Below, in pieces: positions 21,500-30,869 of a DNA stretch of 64,000 nt. The stretch is from Nitrospirota bacterium (lineage in GTDB: Bacteria > Nitrospirota > Thermodesulfovibrionia > Thermodesulfovibrionales > Dissulfurispiraceae), in NCBI GenBank assembly GCA_963710375.1, contig CAVPZX010000005.1:320001-384000 (forward strand). The letters are read 5' to 3'. The translations under genes and the position numbers were made by a program. Each line of letters starts with the position of its first letter. The stretch's first letter is position 1. The notes under the pieces were generated by a model. It saw only the letters and a list, made by a program, of their open reading frames with translations. It did not search any database and was not told where the DNA came from.

Positions 21500-21508
21500 C
21501 TTTATTAC

Positions 21509-21580
21509 GGCGACGTACCCAAGTGGCAAGGGAGAGGTCTGCAAAACCTTTATCCAGCGGTTCGAATCCGCTCGTCGCCT
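21509..21580 (+). tRNA. tRNA-Cys(GCA)
   Basis: Acceptor stem ggcgacg/cgtcgcc, anticodon ct GCA aa, TTCGAAT loop, U discriminator; CCA not encoded. Confidence 0.95.
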
Positions 21581-21590
21581 TAATTTATCC

Positions 21591-21775
21591 TTACAATTCA
21601 GACAGTACAGGGTTGTTTTTCTGCAGTCGAGCGCCTGGGTTATCTGCAGTGGGCGAGTAACGCCGAGCCCACATATTCAACTGGAACAAGATTGATGTTC
21701 TGTATATACAGCAGGGCTGGCACAGTGGGCTAATCGCTCGCAAAGAAAAATTACCCTGTACTGTCTGAATTGTAA
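21591..21775. mobile_element. 185 bp MITE-like element (CAATTCA-ACAG ends), copy B
   Basis: Perfect 23-bp terminal IR ttacaattcagacagtacagggt/accctgtactgtctgaattgtaa. Confidence 0.75.
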
Positions 21776-21965
21776 TTAACCATTTGGTCTTGACTTTTCT
21801 ATTTAATATATGCGATTATTTATTTGAGATAACAGAAGGTTTTGCAAGCTTTCTGCCACAAAGACTTTTTGTTTTGTGGCATTTTTCGTTTCACCGATAG
21901 TTTATAACCGGTGTTATTTTGTGGTTGAGTTTTGACCACACGTATATGTAAGGAGGAAAAATTGT

Positions 21966-22166
21966 ATGGCTCAGGGCACAGTAAAATGGTTCAATGAATC
22001 CAAAGGGTTCGGTTTTGTCACCAGCGAGGACGGCAGTGATGTTTTTGTTCATTATTCATCTATTCAGGGCGATGGCTTTAAAACTCTTGCCGAGGGTGAC
22101 AGAGTGAGTTTTGATATCGAGAAAGGCCCCAAAGGTCCAAAAGCGATCAATGTAGTTAAGATATAA
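21966..22166 (+). CDS. Cold-shock protein (CspA family)
   Basis: GTVKWFN..KGFGF and DVFVH; AAGGAGG RBS; structured upstream leader. Confidence 0.97.
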   Translation: MAQGTVKWFNESKGFGFVTSEDGSDVFVHYSSIQGDGFKTLAEGDRVSFDIEKGPKGPKAINVVKI

Positions 22167-22220
22167 ACGGCAACAGAACGCGATTTCTTGTCGTTTCAAC
22201 AGGGGGCTCATTCATAAGAG

Positions 22221-22610
22221 ATGATGGCGAATAAACAGCATCATTCAGTTAAGGCTGAATTGATCAAGCAAAATAAGTTGGCTGCAGGCCTGGTAGCGGA
22301 ACGCTTTCCTAAAGTCAATAGTATTGTTATAAATATGACCTATTACCAGAAGGGTGTTAATCCAGTCCTGATGGTACGTACGATAAATGTTCTGCCCACG
22401 ACTTATGCATATTTTCATATGGAGTGTATGATAAGGGATTGTGTCGGCGGCGGGTTTGATTTGACGCCGATTATAAGGAGGATGGTAAAGACCCTGAAAA
22501 GGACCGTGAAGGGAAAACTGGCCTGCAAAGGAAGGAGTGACGGTCTTGAAGCTGACCATGCGAGTATAGAATACGAAATTAATATACGATACAATAATAA
22601 AAGGGTCTGA
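22221..22610 (+). CDS. Hypothetical protein with C-x3-C...C...H
   Basis: 129-aa ORF directly downstream of csp on the same strand. Confidence 0.7.
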   Translation: MMANKQHHSVKAELIKQNKLAAGLVAERFPKVNSIVINMTYYQKGVNPVLMVRTINVLPTTYAYFHMECMIRDCVGGGFDLTPIIRRMVKTLKRTVKGKLACKGRSDGLEADHASIEYEINIRYNNKRV

Positions 22611-22619
22611 GTCTGATTT

Positions 22620-23336
22620 CTAATACTTTATTATTTCAAGGTAATCCCTCGTGTCTGTCTCGTCCTCTCCTTTTGACGTCAGCAGATTTTGTTTCATCTC
22701 CGTTATGAATTTTGCTTTATCGCTGTTAAAAGACGGGTCTATTTCGATTGCCCGCTCAATCATAGCGGCCGCGTCCCCATATCTGCCGGTCTTATTGTAC
22801 GCAAGGGAGAGCCCGTAATAAGCCTGCGGAGTTGATGGTGAGCGCTTTATCGAGTCTTTAAAGGCGTCGATGGCATTATCGAACAGTCCCATCCTGTAAT
22901 AGGCCATGCCAAGGTAGTAAAATCCCTTCCCGGGACTTTTATACAGAACATTTGACAGGGCCTTTTTGAGCGGCTCTATCGCCTCATTCCACTGGCGCAT
23001 TTTGATATAGGTAATGCCGAGATAAGTGTAGGCATCTGCAAATTGAGGATCGATCGAAACCGCCCTGAGAAAGAGTCCTTTTGCCTTTTCATACTCCTCG
23101 AACTGCAAATATACATATCCCAGGTTTACAAGGGCATCCTTGTTGTTGGGATTAAGCTGCAAAGTTTTCTGAAATTCGACAAAGGCTGGTTGAATATTCC
23201 CCTCGCTCAGATAGGCAATGCCCATTTTATAGTGTGAATCAGCTTCCTTCTCCTCGTTCTGAACGGGCACAGTTTTGCAACTGATCAGGGCAAGGAACAG
23301 CATGAAAAATACGCCTTTTAGTATAATACTTCGCAC
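22620..23336 (-). CDS. TPR lipoprotein (PilF/PilW-like)
   Basis: Lipobox-like LISC; five to six TPR repeats. Confidence 0.85.
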   Translation of the reverse strand: MRSIILKGVFFMLFLALISCKTVPVQNEEKEADSHYKMGIAYLSEGNIQPAFVEFQKTLQLNPNNKDALVNLGYVYLQFEEYEKAKGLFLRAVSIDPQFADAYTYLGITYIKMRQWNEAIEPLKKALSNVLYKSPGKGFYYLGMAYYRMGLFDNAIDAFKDSIKRSPSTPQAYYGLSLAYNKTGRYGDAAAMIERAIEIDPSFNSDKAKFITEMKQNLLTSKGEDETDTRDYLEIIKY

Positions 23337-23384
23337 CCGTTCAGTTTAAATCATTCAGCGGATTATAGGCAACAAGTGGCAAGC

Positions 23385-26300
23385 CTAGGCAGGTAAGGGT
23401 ACAGTCATCATTTCTGCTATTCTTTGCAGCGTCTCTTCAACTTTTTCAATAGCTTCATGCTGAGTCATATTGCGTGCGTCCAGTTCAAATCCGTCCGGCA
23501 GAAACCTGATAGTCGTGCCGGAAGAAAGTGAAAAAAGGGCTTTCATGAGCCTGTCAAAGAAATCTTCCGGAATCTTATAGGTATTGTCACTATCGAGCAG
23601 AAAGAAAAAACGATACCTTCCATCAATCTCAGTGACCTTTATTATATAGAGCTGTTTCGAAAGCAGCTTTATTTTTATCACGTGAAGCAGGTTTATTGCC
23701 TCTTCCGGCAGTGCCCCGAACCGGTCTGAGAGTTCATCCCTGAGGTCCCAAAGAGCGTCCAGGGATTTCAGCGACGATATGCGCCTATAAATGCTGAGCC
23801 TGAGAGTAATATCGGATATGTAATTATCGGGAATAAACGCCGTGAGCCGCAGCTGTATGGCAGGTTCAATCTCTTCCACTACCTCATGCCCTTTCAACTC
23901 AGCAACGGTTTTCTCGAGCATTTCCATATACATATCAAACCCTACTCCATTAATACAGCCTGATTGCTCCGCGCCAAGGAGATTGCCTGCGCCACGTATG
24001 TCAAGGTCTTTCAGGGCAAGCCTGAATCCTGCCCCAAGATAGCTCATTTCCTGTATTGCCTGTAATCGTTTTTTCGCCTCATCAGTGAGCCTGTCTTCGC
24101 CCGGGATAAGGAAATACGCATAGGCCTGGACGTTGCCTCTCCCCACCCTTCCTCTGAGCTGATAGAGATCTGCGAGTCCGAAAGTATCTGCCCTGTCTAC
24201 CATAATGGTATTGGCGGTTGGGATGTCTAGGCCTGATCCGATAATTGCAGTACACACAAGCATATTGATATCCCCGTTCAGGAAGCGGAGCATTACTTTT
24301 TCGAGCCCGGCCTCCGGCATCTGTCCATGCCCTATGGCGAGTCGGGCATCGGGCACCAGTTTTCGTATATGATCAGCTGTTTTTTCTATGTCCCCTATCC
24401 TGTTATGGACGAAGAATATCTGACCGCCCCTTCTCAGTTCTCTCTCTACAGCCTCCTTTATCGTTTTGCCGGCAAAGGGGGTTACGATACTTCTGACTGC
24501 AAGCCGTTCCTCAGGAGCGGTTTCAATAGTAGCTATCTCCCGTATGCCCGATAGCGACATATGCAGTGTCCGGGGAATAGGCGTTGCCGTAAGGGTAAGA
24601 ATATCGACACCCTTTTTAAGATCTTTAAGCCGCTCCTTCTGGGCCACACCAAAACGGTGCTCTTCGTCGATGACCAGCAGCCCGAGGTCGTGAAAACCGA
24701 TGTTCTTGTTCAGAAGCATATGCGTGCCGATAATTATATCCGTTTCACCCACAGCCAGTGCTTTGACCGACTGCTTGACCTGTTCTTTGTTTTTAAACCT
24801 GCTGAGGTAATCGATTCTTACCGGAAATCCTGAAAAGCGCATTTTAAATGTCCTGAAATGCTGTTCGGCAAGCAGTGTCGTCGGCACGAGGACAGCCACC
24901 TGTTTACCGTCAAATACAGCCCTGAAAGCAGCCTTTATCGCGACCTCTGTCTTGCCGTAACCTACATCGCCGCAAAGCAGCATATCCATGGGTGTTTCCG
25001 AATGCATATGTTTTTGTATCTCCTCAAAGGTCTTTATCTGGTCCGGAGTCTCGTCATAAGGGAAAAAGTCATCGAATTCCCTGTGCATTGGGGTGTCCTC
25101 ACTGAAGACAAATCCACGGGAAACACTTCTTTCGGCATACAGCTTGATGAGCTTGTCAGCCATTTCCCTGATTTTTTCTTTGACCCGCTGTTTTGTCTTT
25201 TGCCATTTTTTGCTCCCCAACTGGTCAATAGGCGAAGTGTGCCCTTCACCGGCGCTATATTTCTGCAGTTTATCTATGCTGTAAAAAGGGATATACAGCC
25301 TGTCTCCGTGGGCATACTCCAGGGTTATTAAATCCTCTTCGCAACTGTCGGTCCTTTGGCGCTGAAGTCCTGTGAATCTTCCTATTCCGTGATCCTTATG
25401 CACCACGAGATCACCGGTCTTCAGATCATCAATAGTAAACAGGAGCCTGGAAGCCTTTGATCGCTTCAGTGGCCTGTAAGCAGGCCTTTCGCCAAAAAGT
25501 TCCCTATCGGTCAGGACCAGTACATTGTTGACCAGCATGCCGGATGACAGTGTGCCAGTCACTATGCAGATAGTGCCAGCAAATGATTCCAGGTCTTTGC
25601 ATTTTATCACCGGAGCTATTACTCCCCCATCGAACAGGATATCCTTCAGACGCTCTGCCTGGGCTTCTGAAGGAAGGACTATCAGGGTATCATAGCCGGC
25701 TTTTTTAAGCGCATAAGGGATATCACCGAGTTCCTTGCGTTCTTCAGGCACAATGCCCATGCCTTTGATAGAATGTTCCATAGCATCAATCCCCTCACCG
25801 GTAAAAGGCAGGTGAGATACCGAATAAAAAGGAGTCTTTCTCTCCTGGAATTCCGGTAACGAAACAGCTGCGTCTTCAACGACGAACACCGCCGGATTTA
25901 TACTGTGTGCCAGCTCGTCAATTATGGCGCCGCTCAGAAGGTCCTCTCTCGCAGGGAAAATCGTCAGTTCGTCAACCTCTCTTATTGAGCGCTGTGTTTC
26001 TATATCGAAACAGCGCATAACTTCTACCTCATCCCCGAAAAATTCCACTCGCAGAGGGAAATTTTCGGTGGTAGGGTAAATATCGAAAATCCATTCTCTC
26101 TGGCTGTATTCCCCTTTTTCCACCACGACACTTACTATCTTATATCCGAGTCCGGAGAGCATTTCATCCAATGTTGCCCGCTCAATGGAAAGCCCCCTTC
26201 TGATGGTGATGACAGCATCCTTTATAATGGGCAAAGAGAATCCTGTCCTGCAGGCCTCGGGTGAGGTGACGATCCCGATGTTACTTTGTGAGCTTGCCGC

Positions 26301-26591
26301 CAGTAGCACCGATGCCCTCTTTCCTATAAGTTCAGGACTTGAGGAAGGTGGGAAGTAGCTGATTGTCCTTCCATTTACAGGTAGAATCTTTCTGAAAAAC
26401 AGCAGGTCATTGTAAAGCGCTTCAGCAGATTCGACCGAATCCTCGATTACAATAAAGGGATTGGTCTCTAATAAAAGCAATAATGCAAAATGAGGTATGG
26501 AGAGGTTATAAATCCTCGCGCCTGGTCCGGTTTTTACCTGCTCAATTAGTTTCGTGATATGATTTGTTAAATGCTGGTACAGGATTGGCAT
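23385..26591 (-). CDS. mfd: Transcription-repair coupling factor
   Basis: RID VVH..HGIG.F, GDVGYGKTE, DEEHRFGV, TATPIPRT, QLRGRVGR and TRG motif. Confidence 0.97.
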   Translation of the reverse strand: MPILYQHLTNHITKLIEQVKTGPGARIYNLSIPHFALLLLLETNPFIVIEDSVESAEALYNDLLFFRKILPVNGRTISYFPPSSSPELIGKRASVLLAASSQSNIGIVTSPEACRTGFSLPIIKDAVITIRRGLSIERATLDEMLSGLGYKIVSVVVEKGEYSQREWIFDIYPTTENFPLRVEFFGDEVEVMRCFDIETQRSIREVDELTIFPAREDLLSGAIIDELAHSINPAVFVVEDAAVSLPEFQERKTPFYSVSHLPFTGEGIDAMEHSIKGMGIVPEERKELGDIPYALKKAGYDTLIVLPSEAQAERLKDILFDGGVIAPVIKCKDLESFAGTICIVTGTLSSGMLVNNVLVLTDRELFGERPAYRPLKRSKASRLLFTIDDLKTGDLVVHKDHGIGRFTGLQRQRTDSCEEDLITLEYAHGDRLYIPFYSIDKLQKYSAGEGHTSPIDQLGSKKWQKTKQRVKEKIREMADKLIKLYAERSVSRGFVFSEDTPMHREFDDFFPYDETPDQIKTFEEIQKHMHSETPMDMLLCGDVGYGKTEVAIKAAFRAVFDGKQVAVLVPTTLLAEQHFRTFKMRFSGFPVRIDYLSRFKNKEQVKQSVKALAVGETDIIIGTHMLLNKNIGFHDLGLLVIDEEHRFGVAQKERLKDLKKGVDILTLTATPIPRTLHMSLSGIREIATIETAPEERLAVRSIVTPFAGKTIKEAVERELRRGGQIFFVHNRIGDIEKTADHIRKLVPDARLAIGHGQMPEAGLEKVMLRFLNGDINMLVCTAIIGSGLDIPTANTIMVDRADTFGLADLYQLRGRVGRGNVQAYAYFLIPGEDRLTDEAKKRLQAIQEMSYLGAGFRLALKDLDIRGAGNLLGAEQSGCINGVGFDMYMEMLEKTVAELKGHEVVEEIEPAIQLRLTAFIPDNYISDITLRLSIYRRISSLKSLDALWDLRDELSDRFGALPEEAINLLHVIKIKLLSKQLYIIKVTEIDGRYRFFFLLDSDNTYKIPEDFFDRLMKALFSLSSGTTIRFLPDGFELDARNMTQHEAIEKVEETLQRIAEMMTVPLPA

Positions 26592-26700
26592 GTTCTGAAT
26601 GATTTAAATCATACCCCTTTTTAATCTATTAATTATACTATATCAGTAATGCCGGTCGTGTGACTTTAATTACGAAAAAGCGGCAGGGAGGAGCATCACA

Positions 26701-27936
26701 GTGAAATATGTCAGGCTCGGGATAGTGTTTGCTTTTATTTTTCTCATTGGCAGCGCGGCATCTGCCAGGACGCAAAGGACCGATTGTGTTGAGTGCCACC
26801 GGAAGGTAACCCCCGGTATTGTGCAACAGCACCTTCAGGGCAAGATGGCAAAGGCAGGAGTTGATTGCTCTGCTTGCCACGGCTCAGGGCACAAAAAAAT
26901 GGATGATGCAAAACTTGCCCAAATGCCAACCCCCGATACCTGCACAGGATGCCACAAGAAACAGGCTGACCAGTTTAAGGACAGCAAACATAATCTCGCC
27001 TGGGTTGCCTCGGTCGCTTTGCCAATGATAACGCACCAGCCTACTGCCCGCCCCGCCTTGGCGGGCGGGACAGACGGAGGATACAAGGGATGTTCAAACT
27101 GCCACGGGATTGGGGTAAAATCAGATGCCGAGCGGGCGCAATTCCGTTATGGGAATGCCCAGTGCGATTACTGCCATACCAGGCATTCATTTAATAAATC
27201 GGAAGCGCAGGACCCCAGGGCCTGCAAGACATGTCATATGGGATTTGACCACCCCCAGTGGGAAATGTGGTCTGGCACCAAACACGGTACGATCTGGCAG
27301 ATTGAAGGCAAGTGGAGCAAAAGGGCGCCTACCTGTCAAACCTGCCATATGCAGGACGGAACCCACAATGTTACGACCTCATGGGGCTTTCTGGCATTGC
27401 GGCTGCCTGAGGACGACAAAGAATGGATGAAAGACAGGATGACTATTCTTCAGTCTCTCGGAGTCCTGGATGATAAGGGCAATCCTGCTGCCAGGTTCGA
27501 CATAGTGAAAGCATGCAGAGTGATGCGGCTTACCAAAGAGGAGTTTAACGAACAAATAGTCAAAATGACCGCTGTCTGCGCAAAATGCCATGGCGCCACT
27601 TACGCTAAACGCCAGCTCGAAGCAGCGGACAAGGTAATAAAGGATGCCGACAGGATCATGTCAGAAGCTATCAGCGTGGTACAAGGTTTATACAAAGACG
27701 GCATACTGGAGAAGCCGGCAGGCTGGACCTTCACCCCTGATCTGCTTCAATCCTATGAAGCAAAGAACGCGGTGGAGCAGGACCTTTATGACATGTTCTT
27801 TGAATACAGGGTGAGGGCTTTCCAGGGTGCATTTCATATGAATCCCGACTATATGTACTGGTACGGTTGGGCGCCCATGAAAGAGACCTTGCAGAAGATT
27901 AAGGATGAAGCGGCAGAGTTGAGGGCGCGCGAATGA
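26701..27936 (+). CDS. Periplasmic octaheme c-type cytochrome, hydroxylamine oxidoreductase-like
   Basis: Signal peptide, 8 CxxCH, CHTRH.F, CHMG.DH and C-terminal H.NP...GW. Confidence 0.88.
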   Translation: MKYVRLGIVFAFIFLIGSAASARTQRTDCVECHRKVTPGIVQQHLQGKMAKAGVDCSACHGSGHKKMDDAKLAQMPTPDTCTGCHKKQADQFKDSKHNLAWVASVALPMITHQPTARPALAGGTDGGYKGCSNCHGIGVKSDAERAQFRYGNAQCDYCHTRHSFNKSEAQDPRACKTCHMGFDHPQWEMWSGTKHGTIWQIEGKWSKRAPTCQTCHMQDGTHNVTTSWGFLALRLPEDDKEWMKDRMTILQSLGVLDDKGNPAARFDIVKACRVMRLTKEEFNEQIVKMTAVCAKCHGATYAKRQLEAADKVIKDADRIMSEAISVVQGLYKDGILEKPAGWTFTPDLLQSYEAKNAVEQDLYDMFFEYRVRAFQGAFHMNPDYMYWYGWAPMKETLQKIKDEAAELRARE

Positions 27937-28103
27937 ATAACTTGTGCGTTCAGGCGCTCAAATTCAGGTCAGATTTGGCTGATCTGACTGAGCAAAAACC
28001 GCAGGCGTAGCATAGCTACGTTGAGGATTTTGCGACTGAGGATCGGGCAAAGATGGCCTAAATCTGAGATGCATCAATGTGCAAGTTATTCATTCGCGTG
28101 CCC
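27923..28103. mobile_element. ~180 bp MITE-like long hairpin, copy 1
   Basis: 22-bp terminal IR; near-identical inverted copy at 58754-58933. Confidence 0.88.
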
Positions 28104-28825
28104 TATTGCGCGCTGAACAACTCAACCTCTCCGCTCTCAATGTGGTATATGCCGGCAACAACCTTAAGGTCTCCTGACTCCATAAGTTTTTTAACTACAG
28201 GGCTTTTCCTAAGCAGGTATTTCTGCTGAAGCAGCACATTTTCCCTGATAGCATTATTAAGAATATCCTCTTTAGTGCCTCCTCTCACGCTCGCTTTTTT
28301 TACAGCAGGCAGTATTTTCCTGAGTATCATAGCGATATTATCTCCGGTTTTCTCTTTTGCCTCGATAGCAGCTGATACTGCACCGCATTTATCGTGTCCC
28401 AGCAGAATGAGAAGGGGCGCATGTAAGTGTTCCGCAGCATATTCGATGCTGCCCACTAAAATTGGATCAAGCACATTGCCTGCGGACCGGACAACAAACA
28501 AAGCACCCAAGCCCTGGTCAAAAATAATTTCAGGGGGTACCCGTGAGTCTGAACAGGTAACGACTATTGCAGAAGGATGCTGTGCCTTTGAGAGTTCTTT
28601 CCTTCTTGTATCACTGGTGTCTTTTGTCGCCAGGCTCCCTGAAATGAACCGCTTGTTACCTTCCAGGAGTTTACTTAAGGCTTCATCCCCTTTTTTAGAG
28701 CCCGTTTCAGGACCCGCAAAGGAAAGACTGAAAGGAGACAGCAGGCAGTAAGAAGTAAGAAGTAAGCAGCAAAAAATCGAAAACAGAACGTTTTTTCTCA
28801 AAATAGTATCAACTCCACACTTCAT
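28103..28825 (-). CDS. Beta-class carbonic anhydrase with N-terminal signal peptide
   Basis: CSDSRV, R.AGN and H..CGAV zinc ligands. Confidence 0.93.
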   Translation of the reverse strand: MKCGVDTILRKNVLFSIFCCLLLTSYCLLSPFSLSFAGPETGSKKGDEALSKLLEGNKRFISGSLATKDTSDTRRKELSKAQHPSAIVVTCSDSRVPPEIIFDQGLGALFVVRSAGNVLDPILVGSIEYAAEHLHAPLLILLGHDKCGAVSAAIEAKEKTGDNIAMILRKILPAVKKASVRGGTKEDILNNAIRENVLLQQKYLLRKSPVVKKLMESGDLKVVAGIYHIESGEVELFSAQ

Positions 28826-28876
28826 CGTTTGTCCTCCTCACTGCCTACTGTTTACTGCTTACTTCTCACTGCTGCT
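28740..28876. repeat. 7-bp periodic hairpin (AGTAAGM units) straddling the carbonic anhydrase start
   Basis: agcaggc agtaaga agtaaga agtaagc at 28740-28771; ctcactg cctactg tttactg cttactt ctcactg at 28837-28876. Confidence 0.82.
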
Positions 28877-29323
28877 TAGTATCTTATTAATGATTGCGCT
28901 GGTAGATACCCCTGGCAAATATGGGAGACTGTGTGTTTCAGCCACGATATCCGAGCCGACAATATCCTCTTTCTTCCAGTCGCCGCCCTTTACGAGCACA
29001 TCGGGCCTGATGGATTTTATAAGTTCATACGGAGTATCTTCGGGGAAAAGGGTGACAAAATCCACCATTTCGAGCGATGCGATCACTTCGGCCCTCTGCG
29101 ATTCCTCATTGATAGGCCTTTGGGGCTTCAATCGCCTCACTGAAGCATCGGAGTTCAGTCCGACTATGAGAATATCTCCCAGTTTTTTGGCCTCTGTTAA
29201 ATATCGGATGTGCCCAATGTGCAGCAGGTCAAAGCAGCCATTGGTAAAGACAATTTTTTTCCCTTCGGATCTGAGCTTTGCAGCAATTTCTTTAATTTCA
29301 TTCCGTAATCGAACTTTGGACAT
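28859..29323 (-). CDS. rfaE2: D-glycero-beta-D-manno-heptose 1-phosphate adenylyltransferase
   Basis: FTNGCFDLLH.GH, NSD.SV and LVKGGD. Confidence 0.92.
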   Translation of the reverse strand: MSKVRLRNEIKEIAAKLRSEGKKIVFTNGCFDLLHIGHIRYLTEAKKLGDILIVGLNSDASVRRLKPQRPINEESQRAEVIASLEMVDFVTLFPEDTPYELIKSIRPDVLVKGGDWKKEDIVGSDIVAETHSLPYLPGVSTSAIINKILSSSEK

Positions 29324-29756
29324 AATTCTCCAGCAGCTCAGCGGCTTTATGAAGTACTTCCCGGTCGCTTTTGTAAGAGAGTTTTTTCATGGCATCATTA
29401 ATGGGGAACCATTGTGCCTCGTCAACCTCCGGGCATTCATTGTCGATGGCTCCGCTGACATATTCCACCAGGAAGTATATGACGGTTTTCCTGCACTTTG
29501 TGTTCTCATTTTTCAGGTAAAACCAGTACGACTTTGTATCGAGCGGACTCACGATTTTACCAGTAAGTCCGGTCTCCTCACGTATTTCCCTTATGGCTGC
29601 GTCCTCGGGTTGTTCCCCCTTGTCGATTATGCCCTTGGGTAGTGTCCATACGGCTTTCCCCTTTGTTGCGATCAGGGCCGCCTCAAAACCCGAGGCTGCT
29701 TTCCTGAAGATGACTCCTCCTGCCGAGTTCAGATATTTCATTGTTGCCGGTCTCAT
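29298..29756 (-). CDS. NUDIX hydrolase
   Basis: Nudix box PKG....GE....AA.RE..EETG; start placed at ATG 29756. Confidence 0.9.
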   Translation of the reverse strand: MRPATMKYLNSAGGVIFRKAASGFEAALIATKGKAVWTLPKGIIDKGEQPEDAAIREIREETGLTGKIVSPLDTKSYWFYLKNENTKCRKTVIYFLVEYVSGAIDNECPEVDEAQWFPINDAMKKLSYKSDREVLHKAAELLENYVQSSITE

Positions 29757-29769
29757 ATCTTGCCGCCTT

Positions 29770-30852
29770 TCATGGCAGTGGTTTCCCGCTGATGATCCTG
29801 AAGATATCATTATACATTGCGAAGATCATAAGCATAAGCAGAAAGGCGAGCCCGATACGTTGCGCAATAATAAGGGCCTGCTCGCTCAAGGGCTTTTTCC
29901 GTATCGCTTCAAGACCGACAAGGAATATGTGCCCCCCGTCAAGAACAGGAATAGGAAGCAGGTTTAAGATGCCGAGATTAATGCTTATCACCGCGGCAAA
30001 AAAGAAATAGTTTAAGTAGCCTGCGGCTGCTTGTTTTTCAGCTAATTGAAATATAAGAATAGGGCCGCCGATGCTTTCAGCAGGAACTATTCTCTGTATA
30101 AGTTTTATTATGCTGACTACGGTGATAGCCGATATGTCCCACGTCTTCAGGAAAGCATTTTTAAAAGCGTCCGGGATGTTTTCCTTTTCCGTAAATGTCT
30201 CTCCCGAGGGTTTGACTCCTATAAGGCCCACCTTCCGCTCTTCTCCGAACACATCTTTCATCTTTTTGCTTTCGGGGGTTATCGAGATGGGAAGGAGCGC
30301 AGCTTTTCTCTGCACCGTCAGAATCAGGGGCTTTCCGGCGCTGCCTTGAATGATGTCGGTCATCTCAGCCCACTGCTTTACAGGACTGCCGTTGATCGCC
30401 ACAATTTTATCGCCATTCTGCAGCATGGCTTTGGCAGCAGGTGTATCGGGCATCACCTCTCCAATGGTGGGGGACAGTATCGGGACCCCTGCAATAAAAA
30501 CAAGAAAGAAGATAACGACAGCGGTCATAAGGTTGAACACCGGTCCGGCAAGGATAATCAGTACCCGCTTATATGCAGGTTTGTAACGGAATGAACGGTC
30601 CTTCTCCGCAGCCTCTTTATCACCTTCAACTTCTCCGATGTCCTCCTGACCGAGCATTTTTACATAGCCGCCAAGAGGGACAGCCGAGATCACATATTCA
30701 GTCTCCCCAATCTGTTTCCCGATGACCCTGGGCCCGAAACCGAGCGAGAACTTTAGCACCTTGACGCCGCTTAGCTTTGCCAGCAGAAAATGTCCCATTT
30801 CATGTATAAATATGATAGAACCGAATAACAAAATGGCTGAAAGGATGCTCAA
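29770..30852 (-). CDS. rseP: Intramembrane metalloprotease RseP
   Basis: HEMGH, PDZ domain and NLLPIPVLDGG. Confidence 0.96.
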   Translation of the reverse strand: MSILSAILLFGSIIFIHEMGHFLLAKLSGVKVLKFSLGFGPRVIGKQIGETEYVISAVPLGGYVKMLGQEDIGEVEGDKEAAEKDRSFRYKPAYKRVLIILAGPVFNLMTAVVIFFLVFIAGVPILSPTIGEVMPDTPAAKAMLQNGDKIVAINGSPVKQWAEMTDIIQGSAGKPLILTVQRKAALLPISITPESKKMKDVFGEERKVGLIGVKPSGETFTEKENIPDAFKNAFLKTWDISAITVVSIIKLIQRIVPAESIGGPILIFQLAEKQAAAGYLNYFFFAAVISINLGILNLLPIPVLDGGHIFLVGLEAIRKKPLSEQALIIAQRIGLAFLLMLMIFAMYNDIFRIISGKPLP

Positions 30853-30869
30853 TTAATTCCTCCGGAACA

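Noticed and set aside
28890..29642. 250-aa + strand ORF and other antisense or nested ORFs in the track
   Set aside because: Shadows of well-supported genes on the opposite strand, with no motifs.
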